The translations under genes and the position numbers were made by a program. A stretch of DNA of 64,000 nucleotides from a virus (Duplodnaviria; Caudoviricetes). The notes beneath the pieces are model-generated. The model was not told the origin of the DNA, did no database searches, and was given only the letters and a program-made list of their open reading frames with translations. Within the stretch, counting starts at the first letter, position 1. Each line of letters begins with the position of its first letter. Shown here one piece after another: positions 26,727-34,823 of the stretch. The stretch spans positions 1 to 64,000 of the IMG/VR virus record IMGVR_UViG_3300020463_000001; one strand, 5' to 3'.

Positions 26727-26939
26727 ATGATCATATCCAAAACCACTAAGCGTCAACTCTTGGAAATCTTCAAGGGATTCGGAGTCAAGCAATCCTGTGC
26801 AATGCAGTTTATTGCAGACAATCAAAACAAGCTTGTCGCAACCGGAGAGGCCTTTGATGAGATGACTCTAGAGGAACTCAAAGCGGTTAAGAAACTGGTT
26901 CAGTTCTCTATCCATGAGCGTGAAGGAGTGGCAGTATAG
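26727..26939 (+). CDS. Hypothetical early protein
   Basis: Start moved to ATG 26727 (GAGG RBS). Confidence 0.65.
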   Translation: MIISKTTKRQLLEIFKGFGVKQSCAMQFIADNQNKLVATGEAFDEMTLEELKAVKKLVQFSIHEREGVAV

Positions 26940-26941
26940 CA

Positions 26942-27175
26942 ATGCAAGGACATCTTATTGATGAGATAGGCATTAATCCTATCGAAGAGGAACCAAGATA
27001 TCAGTTTTTCTCTGAGGGAGAACTGAAGGGCTCTGGAACTTCTGTTGAGTTCGCTGCATGGTTGATCAATACCTGTGGTGGTGTGAAGAACTTTGTTTAC
27101 GAAAACGAGTCTTGGAAAGAGCACTATCAAGAGGAAGATGACCTCTGGTGGCGACAGGTCTGTAAATTAATCTAA
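26942..27175 (+). CDS. Hypothetical early protein
   Basis: ORF track. Confidence 0.6.
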   Translation: MQGHLIDEIGINPIEEEPRYQFFSEGELKGSGTSVEFAAWLINTCGGVKNFVYENESWKEHYQEEDDLWWRQVCKLI

Positions 27176-27185
27176 GGAACTTACT

Positions 27186-27359
27186 ATGCTATTCTCACAC
27201 GACACCATCACTCAAAACTTTCCATCTACTGCTGGTATGGTGTTGGGTGAGATTAGAACTGTCAAAAATGTTCCTGCATCCCATCGCCCCAAAGGCACTA
27301 CTACACTTCGTATCATTCGACGCACAGAAGAACACTATAAAGTCTACGAAATAATTTAA
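27186..27359 (+). CDS. 57-aa hypothetical early protein
   Basis: Hand-translated; AAGG RBS. Confidence 0.55.
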   Translation: MLFSHDTITQNFPSTAGMVLGEIRTVKNVPASHRPKGTTTLRIIRRTEEHYKVYEII

Positions 27360-27378
27360 ATTATTTTGGCTAAAAGCC

Positions 27379-27406
27379 TTGACTTATTCTCAGATTGTGG
27401 TATTAT
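27379..27406 (+). promoter_or_regulatory. sigma70-type early promoter
   Basis: TTGACT-16-TATTAT with TG extension. Confidence 0.65.
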
Positions 27407-27433
27407 AGCTACATCAACTAGAGAGAGAACACT

Positions 27434-27703
27434 ATGATTGGAAAAGAAATCTTTGCGAACTACGGCGCGATGATCGAGCCTCACTATGGTATGGTGACTG
27501 GTGTGAAGACCACAACTATCCAGAGAACTGGTGAGTCCGTGAAAGAAGTCAAAGTCTGGTGGTTCGAAGCCGGAGAGTCTACTGGTGAAACTCAGTGGAT
27601 TCCTGAGTGTACTATTCGTACCGAAGGTGGTGGTGAGACTATCGAAGGTAGTCCTATTGGATTCTACTGGAGTCCAGTTCCAATTCTTGAAAGATATTTG
27701 TAA
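27434..27703 (+). CDS. Hypothetical early protein
   Basis: ORF track. Confidence 0.65.
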   Translation: MIGKEIFANYGAMIEPHYGMVTGVKTTTIQRTGESVKEVKVWWFEAGESTGETQWIPECTIRTEGGGETIEGSPIGFYWSPVPILERYL

Positions 27704-27711
27704 AAAAGTTC

Positions 27712-27740
27712 TTGACAAAACCTTCGAGAACCTTTATAAT
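27712..27740 (+). promoter_or_regulatory. sigma70-type early promoter
   Basis: TTGACA-17-TATAAT perfect. Confidence 0.85.
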
Positions 27741-27745
27741 AGCTT

Positions 27746-28140
27746 TGTATTCATTTAAGGATAACTCCAATTAATTAAAAAGTTACTCCACAAAAACCGG
27801 CACACTCACCTAGTACGAGGGTATGGGTGCCTATGGAGAAGGGTTGGTACTAGGGAGATCTGGAAGAAGTCCTGTCCGGATCTTAATGTAAAGGAGCGCC
27901 ACTCTAAATGTGCCAGGCAGTACTAGGAGATCTCCGAGTCACTTCGCTAAATTGCTATTAATTGCTATGGAGTGATTCGGAAAGTACTCCGAGTGAATGA
28001 GAATTCGGCCCCCCCTCCGAGACTGTGGGCTGAAGGTTTAGTTTTATGGGACTCCTAAAATAAATGACCAAAGTCTATAAGAGGCCACCCCCCAAATCCT
28101 AGAGTGATTCTAAAAGGAATTCTCAAAAAAAAATTTCTTA
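27746..28140 (+). ncRNA. Candidate structured ncRNA (or origin-like element) in a 400-nt gene-free stretch
   Basis: Directly downstream of a perfect promoter; several inverted repeats; no convincing ORF. Confidence 0.45.
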
Positions 28141-28150
28141 GGTAGCAAAC

Positions 28151-28384
28151 ATGGCAGAATCCAAAAAGATCAATATGTACGAGAATGAACACTACAGATA
28201 TTGTGGTTCTCAGATCGAAGATAGAATCAATCATAAGTTCCTAGTGAAGGCCACTGGTGAGACTTACACATTGGTTCAGAGTCCATTCTATTCTTTTCAG
28301 AGTGATGACTTTGAGTACACTTGCAATTGTTTCGAAGAGAATCGGCTCAAGTATTCCTCTATAGAGTATCGATCTCATTATTGA
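28151..28384 (+). CDS. Hypothetical protein
   Basis: ORF track. Confidence 0.6.
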   Translation: MAESKKINMYENEHYRYCGSQIEDRINHKFLVKATGETYTLVQSPFYSFQSDDFEYTCNCFEENRLKYSSIEYRSHY

Positions 28385-28389
28385 GTTTC

Positions 28390-28408
28390 TTAGATCAAAT
28401 CGGTCTAA
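28390..28408. promoter_or_regulatory. 19-bp palindromic box TTAGATCAAATCGGTCTAA (copy 1 of 4)
   Basis: Consensus TTAGAYYRAAWYRRTCTAA; upstream of an early promoter. Confidence 0.7.
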
Positions 28409-28426
28409 AAATAACATAAAAAAGAT

Positions 28427-28455
28427 TTGACTCAACCTCAGAAATCGATTATAAT
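28427..28455 (+). promoter_or_regulatory. sigma70-type early promoter
   Basis: TTGACT-17-TATAAT. Confidence 0.8.
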
Positions 28456-28483
28456 ACACACATCAATTAAGGAAAGAACCAAC

Positions 28484-28909
28484 ATGGCGTATGTATCTAA
28501 AGAAACCAAACAAGTCCTCGCTCCTGAGATCAAGCGAGTCTTGTCTAAGTGGAAGATGAAGGGATCGATTTCGGGTCAGGGTTCTGCAACTCTGAAAGTC
28601 ACGATCAACGAAGGCCCTTTCACTCTTCCGAAGACTGCAACCAACCATTACTCCACTGGGTATGAATACTACCAAGTGAATCCGTATTGGTATCAGGAAG
28701 CGGAAGGTCTCTCTGGATCTTGGAAGGGTTTCTTAGTTGAATTAGAAGCAGCCATGAAGGGTTCGATTTGGTTTGACAAGTCAGACTCTATGACTGACTA
28801 CTTCCACACTGCATACTATATTGATATGCAGATTGGATCCGGCGTTCGCGAATATCGGTTTGAACCTAAACTCCGAAAGGCTCTGTTAAAGTCTGCAGGA
28901 ATCGCATAA
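28484..28909 (+). CDS. Hypothetical early protein (SDSMTDYF motif)
   Basis: Start moved to ATG 28484 (AAGG RBS). Confidence 0.7.
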   Translation: MAYVSKETKQVLAPEIKRVLSKWKMKGSISGQGSATLKVTINEGPFTLPKTATNHYSTGYEYYQVNPYWYQEAEGLSGSWKGFLVELEAAMKGSIWFDKSDSMTDYFHTAYYIDMQIGSGVREYRFEPKLRKALLKSAGIA

Positions 28910-28918
28910 GGAAAAATT

Positions 28919-29110
28919 ATGACTGAATTGGAAATTTATCTAGACCATTGGCACATATTCAAAGCCGATGGGACATTCGTTCTCAACGGTGCGTACTATG
29001 AGTACATCGAAGGTCTCAAGCGTCTTTTCGAAAAGGAGCGAATAGATACTTTGGATCGCGCAACGAAGGCTGTCGCGATGTTGAAAGTTGGAGAACAACA
29101 TGGAGAGTAA
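28919..29110 (+). CDS. Hypothetical protein, paralog of 29100-29264
   Basis: TELEIYLDHWHIF vs TELEIFLEHWFVF. Confidence 0.65.
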   Translation: MTELEIYLDHWHIFKADGTFVLNGAYYEYIEGLKRLFEKERIDTLDRATKAVAMLKVGEQHGE

Positions 29111-29264
29111 GACCGAACTGGAAATCTTTCTGGAACATTGGTTTGTCTTTGATGCAAATCGTGGATCGTATATGTTGAAGGGTTCTCCTAGAGACTTCAA
29201 AGAAGCTTTGTCTCGACTGGTGAACCAGTGTGTCCGATCTCAACTAGTTTTTGATTTTAAATAG
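29100..29264 (+). CDS. 54-aa hypothetical protein, paralog of 28919-29110
   Basis: Hand-translated MESKTELEIFLEHWFVFDANRGSYMLKG... Confidence 0.6.
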   Translation: MESKTELEIFLEHWFVFDANRGSYMLKGSPRDFKEALSRLVNQCVRSQLVFDFK

Positions 29265-29273
29265 GAGAACTAC

Positions 29274-29507
29274 ATGGATAGTTTAGGTATGATCAAGACG
29301 GAAGTTCTAGAACAACTTCTGACCATCGAAAAGCGACTTCGCGCAATAGAGGATTCTCTTGAAGGGATTCCTCAGATTTCTCAGTTGAACGGACAGAAAA
29401 TTGCTTACGAACACGTTCTGAAGCTTCTGGATATTCACGCAGAGTATCAGGTGAAGATGTCTGAAATTTCAACTTGCGAGGGAGGTGAGTATGTCACAGG
29501 ACGTTAA
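29274..29507 (+). CDS. Hypothetical coiled-coil protein
   Basis: AGGAG RBS. Confidence 0.65.
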   Translation: MDSLGMIKTEVLEQLLTIEKRLRAIEDSLEGIPQISQLNGQKIAYEHVLKLLDIHAEYQVKMSEISTCEGGEYVTGR

Positions 29508-29742
29508 TTACTACAGAAGCGCTCTGGGCGGAATGCGAAAGGCTCTTTTGGAGGAATTAGATTTCGCTCAGAGTTTTCTGGACGAAGGTGTTCAGAATAA
29601 AGATTTTCTTGCGAGACTCTCTGCATCCACTGAGGTTCTGCATTCTGTCATTGAGATGGTCGATGATATCTTGGTTGAATCGGTTGAGTCCGATACTGAA
29701 CGGAATGCGAGAAGGTCTACTCCACATGGTCAGGAAAATTAG
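29485..29742 (+). CDS. Hypothetical protein
   Basis: GGAGG RBS. Confidence 0.6.
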   Translation: MSMSQDVNYYRSALGGMRKALLEELDFAQSFLDEGVQNKDFLARLSASTEVLHSVIEMVDDILVESVESDTERNARRSTPHGQEN

Positions 29743-29796
29743 CGGGAAAACCAGCGCGTTTTCCCTAAATAGTTTTCTAAGTTGTCGGAGTTGAAA

Positions 29797-31125
29797 ATGG
29801 CTTATAATTATAGACCAAAATCGGTAGAAGATATTGTCAACCTTGGATTGCCAAGAGCAAAAGAAGAATCCGTGGTGGCCCTGTTCAAAGAAATGGAAGC
29901 AAACTTTGGAAGATCTCGCGATGAATTCATCTCCATTGATACGGATAGAGCTAAATTCGGAAACACAAATATTCTCAGAGAGTTTACTAGAGAAGTAGAC
30001 ATAAACTCATATAGGAAAACATACGCAGGAATAGCACTCAAATTTGGAAACGGATCTAATCCCAATTCTACTGCCCCCTCTACTCAACAACAAGAATTAA
30101 TTAGTCTTAAAATATTCGAAGAATTATTATCCAGCAAGACAAAGAACTATAAGAAGTTTGAACAATTACTTCCTACTCTTCTGGAAATATATCCAAATCT
30201 TCCATACGAAAAGAGCTGGTTTAAATCCTTCGAATTGCAATTTTATGAGATCGTCAACGAAACTAAACTTCCCAATAGTAAATTTGATGTTTACAATCGG
30301 GACGGTGGGTTTATGGATTATATAACCAGATTGGTGAACAGTAAATTTCAGATAGCAAAAAAAGACTCTTGGAATCCTGCTGATATATGGTTGATAAGAT
30401 CATCCAACTTTAGAGAGTATGAAAAAAAATTAGATGATGCAATAAGTGTTTTAGAATGTAATGCAATACTAGTTTCTGCATTTGAGAAAAATCATATTAT
30501 TGGAATTTCTTTAAAGAAGAATGACGGAAGGAAATTAAACTACGATCTCGTAAATTTAAAAACCGTGGCGAAAGATAGTCCGGTGTTGTACTCAAAATTT
30601 CTATTGAATATTCCTTATGATGAAAGAAAAAAATCTTTCACATCAGTCTCCAGTAAACTACAAGTCACTTATCAAAGTAAAATATTTGAAATGGGAGTGA
30701 AGAGTAATCAGGCTGGGTTGGCAAACATTACATATGAATTTGTTGCCAAGGGAGGAGCTGCATTTCTAGGGAAGGTTCCTAAAGATATGTTAAAGATTGA
30801 ATTGAAAAAAAATAACCATCAAATGCCAGAACATAAACATTATATGAAATTTGATAGAAAAGATTTCGAAAGAAAAATATCGACTATAAAATCAAATAAA
30901 TCTCTATTTCAAGTTGTCGGCGATTTAAATAAATTTGTAGATCAACTTGAAGAATCGTGGACGAAGGGAAGATCAAAAGATAATGTCATTATATCTCAGA
31001 TTGTGTGTTTTGCATATATTATAGCGAGTTTATCCAAAACCAAAAGAGAAGAATTTATAAGAGATTTATTTTTTATGTCTCAAAAGAAGGGAACTCTGTT
31101 TGGCCCATTTGGCAAATTATACTAG
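29797..31125 (+). CDS. Putative nuclease-like protein (WNPADIW ... GISLKK)
   Basis: T.QQE, KDSWNPADIWL and IGISLKK motifs suggest a PD-(D/E)xK variant; start moved to ATG 29797. Confidence 0.5.
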   Translation: MAYNYRPKSVEDIVNLGLPRAKEESVVALFKEMEANFGRSRDEFISIDTDRAKFGNTNILREFTREVDINSYRKTYAGIALKFGNGSNPNSTAPSTQQQELISLKIFEELLSSKTKNYKKFEQLLPTLLEIYPNLPYEKSWFKSFELQFYEIVNETKLPNSKFDVYNRDGGFMDYITRLVNSKFQIAKKDSWNPADIWLIRSSNFREYEKKLDDAISVLECNAILVSAFEKNHIIGISLKKNDGRKLNYDLVNLKTVAKDSPVLYSKFLLNIPYDERKKSFTSVSSKLQVTYQSKIFEMGVKSNQAGLANITYEFVAKGGAAFLGKVPKDMLKIELKKNNHQMPEHKHYMKFDRKDFERKISTIKSNKSLFQVVGDLNKFVDQLEESWTKGRSKDNVIISQIVCFAYIIASLSKTKREEFIRDLFFMSQKKGTLFGPFGKLY

Positions 31126-31136
31126 GAGATGGGAAG

Positions 31137-31223
31137 ATGGCACAACCACAACAACAACAACCACAACCTACAGAAGAAGAACTGGAGGAATTGAAACGAC
31201 AAGCTGAAGAAGGAGGCTTTTAA
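31137..31223 (+). CDS. 28-aa Q/E-rich peptide (MAQPQQQQPQPTEEELEELKRQAEEGGF)
   Basis: AGGAG upstream; coupled to the next ATG. Confidence 0.45.
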   Translation: MAQPQQQQPQPTEEELEELKRQAEEGGF

Positions 31224-31396
31224 TGTATCGCGATGTAATGATTGGCATAGGAAATTCCCTAAAAGATCTTATTGAATTCCATAAACGAGTCTTCGATAGG
31301 TTCATGGAGGAATTGAATCTGGATGAATACGAACTCTCGTGGGTAAGTTTCTTCACTGGAGTTGCAGTCACACTACTGTTCACGGCATTCGTATGA
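31223..31396 (+). CDS. 57-aa membrane protein
   Basis: Hand-translated; AGGAGG RBS; C-terminal TM. Confidence 0.6.
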   Translation: MYRDVMIGIGNSLKDLIEFHKRVFDRFMEELNLDEYELSWVSFFTGVAVTLLFTAFV

Positions 31397-31623
31397 TATA
31401 TCAAGACTTTTTAGATGAAAATCTTTCAAGGTATGAGGTAATCAAGTCCACTGACGACTGGATTAAAGGAATGTCGGATAAAAATGTCGTATCTCTTGCA
31501 GAAGAACGAAAATTTGATACAGGAAGTTGGTCTGTCGAAGAGTTGAGAGAGATGTTATCTTCTGATATCGCCGCAGATAAGCTGGAACGCAGAAAAAAGA
31601 AGAAAGAAAATGGCAAAACGTAG
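31393..31623 (+). CDS. Hypothetical protein
   Basis: Start moved to ATG 31393. Confidence 0.6.
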   Translation: MIYQDFLDENLSRYEVIKSTDDWIKGMSDKNVVSLAEERKFDTGSWSVEELREMLSSDIAADKLERRKKKKENGKT

Positions 31624-31786
31624 AAGAAGCAGGATAACTATCGGAAAAACTTCCGAAGATCCTGCGAAAAATCCACTAAACAACTATGTTGCGAAGTATG
31701 CTCACCAATTTGGTGCGACCGCAAAGACGCACAGGGACAAAACTAAGTATCATAGGCCCGATAGTTATGAAGAAGAAGAGTCTTAG
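31610..31786 (+). CDS. 58-aa basic protein (NYVAKYAHQF...HRDKTKY.R)
   Basis: Hand-translated; motif common in small phage proteins. Confidence 0.65.
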   Translation: MAKRRRSRITIGKTSEDPAKNPLNNYVAKYAHQFGATAKTHRDKTKYHRPDSYEEEES

Positions 31787-31801
31787 ATCGAATTAATCTA
31801 A
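31783..31801. promoter_or_regulatory. 19-bp palindromic box TTAGATCGAATTAATCTAA (copy 2)
   Basis: Same consensus. Confidence 0.7.
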
Positions 31802-31830
31802 AAAAAGTTATTATATTTGATAAAATATAG

Positions 31831-31859
31831 TTGACATATAACTCAATATACCGTATAAT
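31831..31859 (+). promoter_or_regulatory. sigma70-type early promoter
   Basis: TTGACA-17-TATAAT perfect. Confidence 0.85.
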
Positions 31860-31900
31860 TGTATTTCACTTGGTAAGATTGTAAGGAAAGAGAGAAAAAA

Positions 31901-32134
31901 ATGTCTATCGCAACTGAAATGACAACTAAAGAGGAGGCCGTTGGAAAAACTGCCTGTGCCTTGTACATTGGAGAGTTCCCGATAGAGGGAACTGTGATTG
32001 GACGCCGTATCTTTTACGGAGGCAAGATCGAATTAGAGATTGAGTTGACAAAAGAAGTCAGCATCATGGGTACGATTCGTCCGGTTGGGACTATCATGCC
32101 TGTTTACGCAGAAGAAATCGTGGAGATTGTGTAG
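31901..32134 (+). CDS. Hypothetical early protein
   Basis: ORF track. Confidence 0.65.
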   Translation: MSIATEMTTKEEAVGKTACALYIGEFPIEGTVIGRRIFYGGKIELEIELTKEVSIMGTIRPVGTIMPVYAEEIVEIV

Positions 32135-32400
32135 TGATTAAGTCATCTAAAGGAACTCAATTAGAACTTTTTGCCATTTCTGGCGAACAAGATCAGAAAC
32201 TGGAAGAATTTATTGAGTACGTTCTCGATTTTTACAGTCCTGAGTCTGAACTTTATCCCGAAATGCAATTCACTAGGGAAGAAGTTGTTGCTGGTTACGA
32301 GGAACGACTTATTCGCCACCAAGAACATGAGTTCGAAGGCGACACTATAGACCGCGAATGGGTTCGCGACATCGTTTTAGAAATGCGAGAGGCAGCATAA
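32134..32400 (+). CDS. Acidic hypothetical protein (FEGDTIDRE.VRD)
   Basis: ORF track. Confidence 0.65.
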   Translation: MIKSSKGTQLELFAISGEQDQKLEEFIEYVLDFYSPESELYPEMQFTREEVVAGYEERLIRHQEHEFEGDTIDREWVRDIVLEMREAA

Positions 32401-32612
32401 TGTTTACTAGAGAATATCTCCGCAAAGAATTAGAAACTCTAAAGTCAGAAGGCAAAGAATTTGGTGGTGAATTTTATTACAAGGAAAATATACATTCTTG
32501 TAATAAGAACTTAGTTTCTTTTTGGAATAAACAAGAACTAAGAGAAGAGATTCCGGAGATGGAATACTACACTTTAGACTCTAATCACGGGTTAGGATGG
32601 GAGTATTCGTAA
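32400..32612 (+). CDS. Hypothetical protein
   Basis: Start moved to ATG 32400 (coupled). Confidence 0.6.
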   Translation: MFTREYLRKELETLKSEGKEFGGEFYYKENIHSCNKNLVSFWNKQELREEIPEMEYYTLDSNHGLGWEYS

Positions 32613-32851
32613 TGGAAACAATTTCCGCTGGACAATTTGTCAATCCCCTTACAGTCACCAAACTTAAGGTATACGAAACCGTAGATGGTTCGGAGATTAT
32701 TGCTGGATCATCTCGCGGGCCCAGTGGAACTTGGGTTGCCGTCTATGATTGGAACAAGGAAGATAATACGCTCTACCGCATATGCAATCTTACCTATTCA
32801 GAGAACAAAACTCTGATCGAACTTGCGGATTCTCTTTATTACGGAGAATAG
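32612..32851 (+). CDS. Hypothetical protein
   Basis: Start moved to ATG 32612. Confidence 0.6.
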   Translation: METISAGQFVNPLTVTKLKVYETVDGSEIIAGSSRGPSGTWVAVYDWNKEDNTLYRICNLTYSENKTLIELADSLYYGE

Positions 32852-32853
32852 TC

Positions 32854-33117
32854 ATGGGGAATATCATAGATTTCCCCGGCGGAGATAAACCGAAGACAGA
32901 CGAAGATCTGACAGAAGAGGAAAAAAGATTAGAGGCCGAGAAGTATGAAACTTTTCTGCGATACATACATTCTATCCGCGAAAGAATCTATGCAAAGAAT
33001 GAATTGGATCGTCAAACAGCAGAAGTTTATATCGCAGCAATCAATACAATATTTCCAGAATTGAGAGAAGCGATTAAGTACGCAATGGAAACTGAGATTG
33101 ACTGGAAGAAAAAATAA
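32854..33117 (+). CDS. Hypothetical protein
   Basis: Start moved to ATG 32854 (GGAG RBS). Confidence 0.6.
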   Translation: MGNIIDFPGGDKPKTDEDLTEEEKRLEAEKYETFLRYIHSIRERIYAKNELDRQTAEVYIAAINTIFPELREAIKYAMETEIDWKKK

Positions 33118-33118
33118 A

Positions 33119-33307
33119 ATGGAAAGTATTTGGAAATGTTTTGAAGTTTTTGATTCCAAACCAGAACGAGCCCATCGTGTATTTGAACTCCAGAGATATG
33201 CAAAGAAGAAACATTTGACTCTCAAATATGAGTTAAAACAAAACGACAGAGATGTTGTTTTATATTATCAATTTTTTGAAAACAAGGAAGAAAGTCAGTA
33301 TAAATAA
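33119..33307 (+). CDS. Hypothetical protein
   Basis: Start moved to ATG 33119. Confidence 0.55.
   Translation: MESIWKCFEVFDSKPERAHRVFELQRYAKKKHLTLKYELKQNDRDVVLYYQFFENKEESQYK
33299..33306 (+). promoter_or_regulatory. T4 late promoter TATAAATA for the tRNA cluster
   Basis: Exact consensus. Confidence 0.7.
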
Positions 33308-33311
33308 TATG

Positions 33312-33485
33312 ACAGAATCGGCGATAGAGTCGAATACTCAACCAGTGATTGCATGGAGTTCTGCAGACTCCACCTACTAGGCTAGACTTTTCGTTCTCCG
33401 TTTTATTAAGGAGATCCCTAGAGGTAACAATCGTCTGAGTGTTGAGGATGACCTGAGTAAGTCATCTAGGATAAAACTGCTCACT
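33312..33485 (+). ncRNA. Candidate structured ncRNA ahead of tRNA-Gly
   Basis: Hairpins 33355-33371, 33396-33413 and 33447-33466; long-range ctcaac/gttgag pair. Confidence 0.35.
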
Positions 33486-33488
33486 TTT

Positions 33489-33563
33489 GCGGGTATCGTA
33501 TAAAGGCTATTACGTCAGCCTTCCAAGCTGATCATCTGAGTTCGATTCTCAGTACCCGCTCCA
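33489..33563 (+). tRNA. trnG: tRNA-Gly(TCC)
   Basis: Cloverleaf GCGGGTA/TACCCGC, anticodon arm TCAGC-CTTCCAA-GCTGA, TTCGATT loop, encoded CCA. Confidence 0.95.
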
Positions 33564-33579
33564 AAGAGAGACTTTTGTA

Positions 33580-33801
33580 ATGGATACAATTGAAAACCTG
33601 TTGAAGACCCTTAGTTTGGGCACAGCAAAAATCACTTACAAAACTGTCAACTCTGGTAGAACGGAGTCTGTGATCGGAACCATGAAAGGTAAACCGATGC
33701 ATCAGAATTCTACTAGTGATGTTATTGTGGTACAAAATACAGAAACTAAACAGTATCAAGATATACGAGTTTCTACAATAAAGGATTGGAAAAAAATATA
33801 G
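33580..33801 (+). CDS. Small SH3-fold protein (WYL_2/DUF2693-like)
   Basis: AKITYKT..GR.R-type start and V.DTE..QY..IRV..I C-terminal pattern. Confidence 0.5.
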   Translation: MDTIENLLKTLSLGTAKITYKTVNSGRTESVIGTMKGKPMHQNSTSDVIVVQNTETKQYQDIRVSTIKDWKKI

Positions 33802-33807
33802 AATAAT

Positions 33808-33973
33808 GAGGCGTCTGCGATTTGAGGAAATGCTCTATAGAGAGCCTGAGTCAATTGCCCCCTAGTACTTCAGAGATGGCATTAATCGTGTGGGCAACAC
33901 GGTTCCTGTACTACGCACTGAGGATAGGATACGACAAGTTTTCCGATGGGTTGGATTCCCATCCGCCTCTACC
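33808..33973 (+). ncRNA. 166-nt tRNA-like/tmRNA-like RNA
   Basis: GAGGCG/CGCCTC acceptor-like stem; T-arm GATGGG-TTGGATT-CCCATC; ends ACC; sits between tRNAs. Confidence 0.6.
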
Positions 33974-33979
33974 CTCTTT

Positions 33980-34055
33980 GCCGGTTTAGCTCAGCAGGTA
34001 GAGCAACTCACTTGTAATGAGAAGGTCGGGAGTTCGATTCTCTCAACCGGCACCA
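33980..34055 (+). tRNA. trnT: tRNA-Thr(TGT)
   Basis: GCCGGTT/AACCGGC, anticodon loop CTTGTAA, TTCGATT, encoded CCA. Confidence 0.96.
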
Positions 34056-34070
34056 AATATCGGAGATTCC

Positions 34071-34214
34071 GTGATCATATTACGAAAGTGTAAAAGGTGT
34101 GAGGAATTAAAAGATGTAGATCTCTTCGTTATCGCGCATTATTCACAACTCGGCCCAATACATGGTACAATATGTAGACAGTGCGACGAACCAACCAAAA
34201 CCCCACCCAAATAG
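34071..34214 (+). CDS. 47-aa zinc-finger-like protein
   Basis: GTG start after GGAG; CKRC...CRQC. Confidence 0.55.
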   Translation: MIILRKCKRCEELKDVDLFVIAHYSQLGPIHGTICRQCDEPTKTPPK

Positions 34215-34263
34215 AGATTCTAAATACTTATTGATTATAAATTAAGAGTATAGGGAATCTATT

Positions 34264-34740
34264 ATGGAAAACGAACAAGGCTCTAAAAAGAAAGATACCG
34301 GAAACAACTCTTCGCATTTGACGATGCGAACGCTTATGAGTGCGGATAATGTTTTCTTTGACGATCCTAAAGTTAAAATAGAAAGAATTCCTAGAAATGT
34401 CGCTGACAAATATATTGTGAGAGTAAGTTATGAACCTGTGTGGGTGAATTCAACTGGCGACTTCAATTCAACTGGCGAGATAGAAGATGTATTTGACATC
34501 ACTAGACAAGTCAACCAAATTCAAACTATCTTTAAGATTATAGAAAGAGATGATAAGACATATAAGACTGGATACGAAGCATATGAAATGCATTGTCCTA
34601 CTCTTTTGAAAATCGGGAAAGAACTCAATGAAATGTTTGGAGTCTGGTTGCTATACGCAGTATCTAAAATAATCCATTCAAAGAGCGAAAATCATTATAA
34701 TTTATTATGCGAGGCCTGGGAACCATTGAATCACTGGTAA
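34264..34740 (+). CDS. Hypothetical protein
   Basis: ORF track. Confidence 0.65.
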   Translation: MENEQGSKKKDTGNNSSHLTMRTLMSADNVFFDDPKVKIERIPRNVADKYIVRVSYEPVWVNSTGDFNSTGEIEDVFDITRQVNQIQTIFKIIERDDKTYKTGYEAYEMHCPTLLKIGKELNEMFGVWLLYAVSKIIHSKSENHYNLLCEAWEPLNHW

Positions 34741-34746
34741 AAAAAC

Positions 34747-34775
34747 TTGACAACTGCAGATTAAATCTGTATAGT
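34747..34775 (+). promoter_or_regulatory. sigma70-type promoter
   Basis: TTGACA-17-TATAGT. Confidence 0.8.
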
Positions 34776-34823
34776 GTATTCTAAGAAATGAAAAAACCTC
34801 AATTTCTTTTTTGTTATTAATTA

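Noticed and set aside
33312-33485. Glutamine (glnA) riboswitch, two-piece tmRNA or hammerhead ribozyme
   Set aside because: Only fragments match (CGTTC, CTGA); the closing GAACG pairing, T-arm/CCA module and hammerhead core are absent.
33808-33973. Canonical tmRNA (ssrA)
   Set aside because: Too short, no G3-U70 pair, and no tag reading frame ending in Ala-Ala-stop was found.
33890-34093. 67-aa plus-strand ORF
   Set aside because: Runs through the tRNA-like RNA and tRNA-Thr; spurious.
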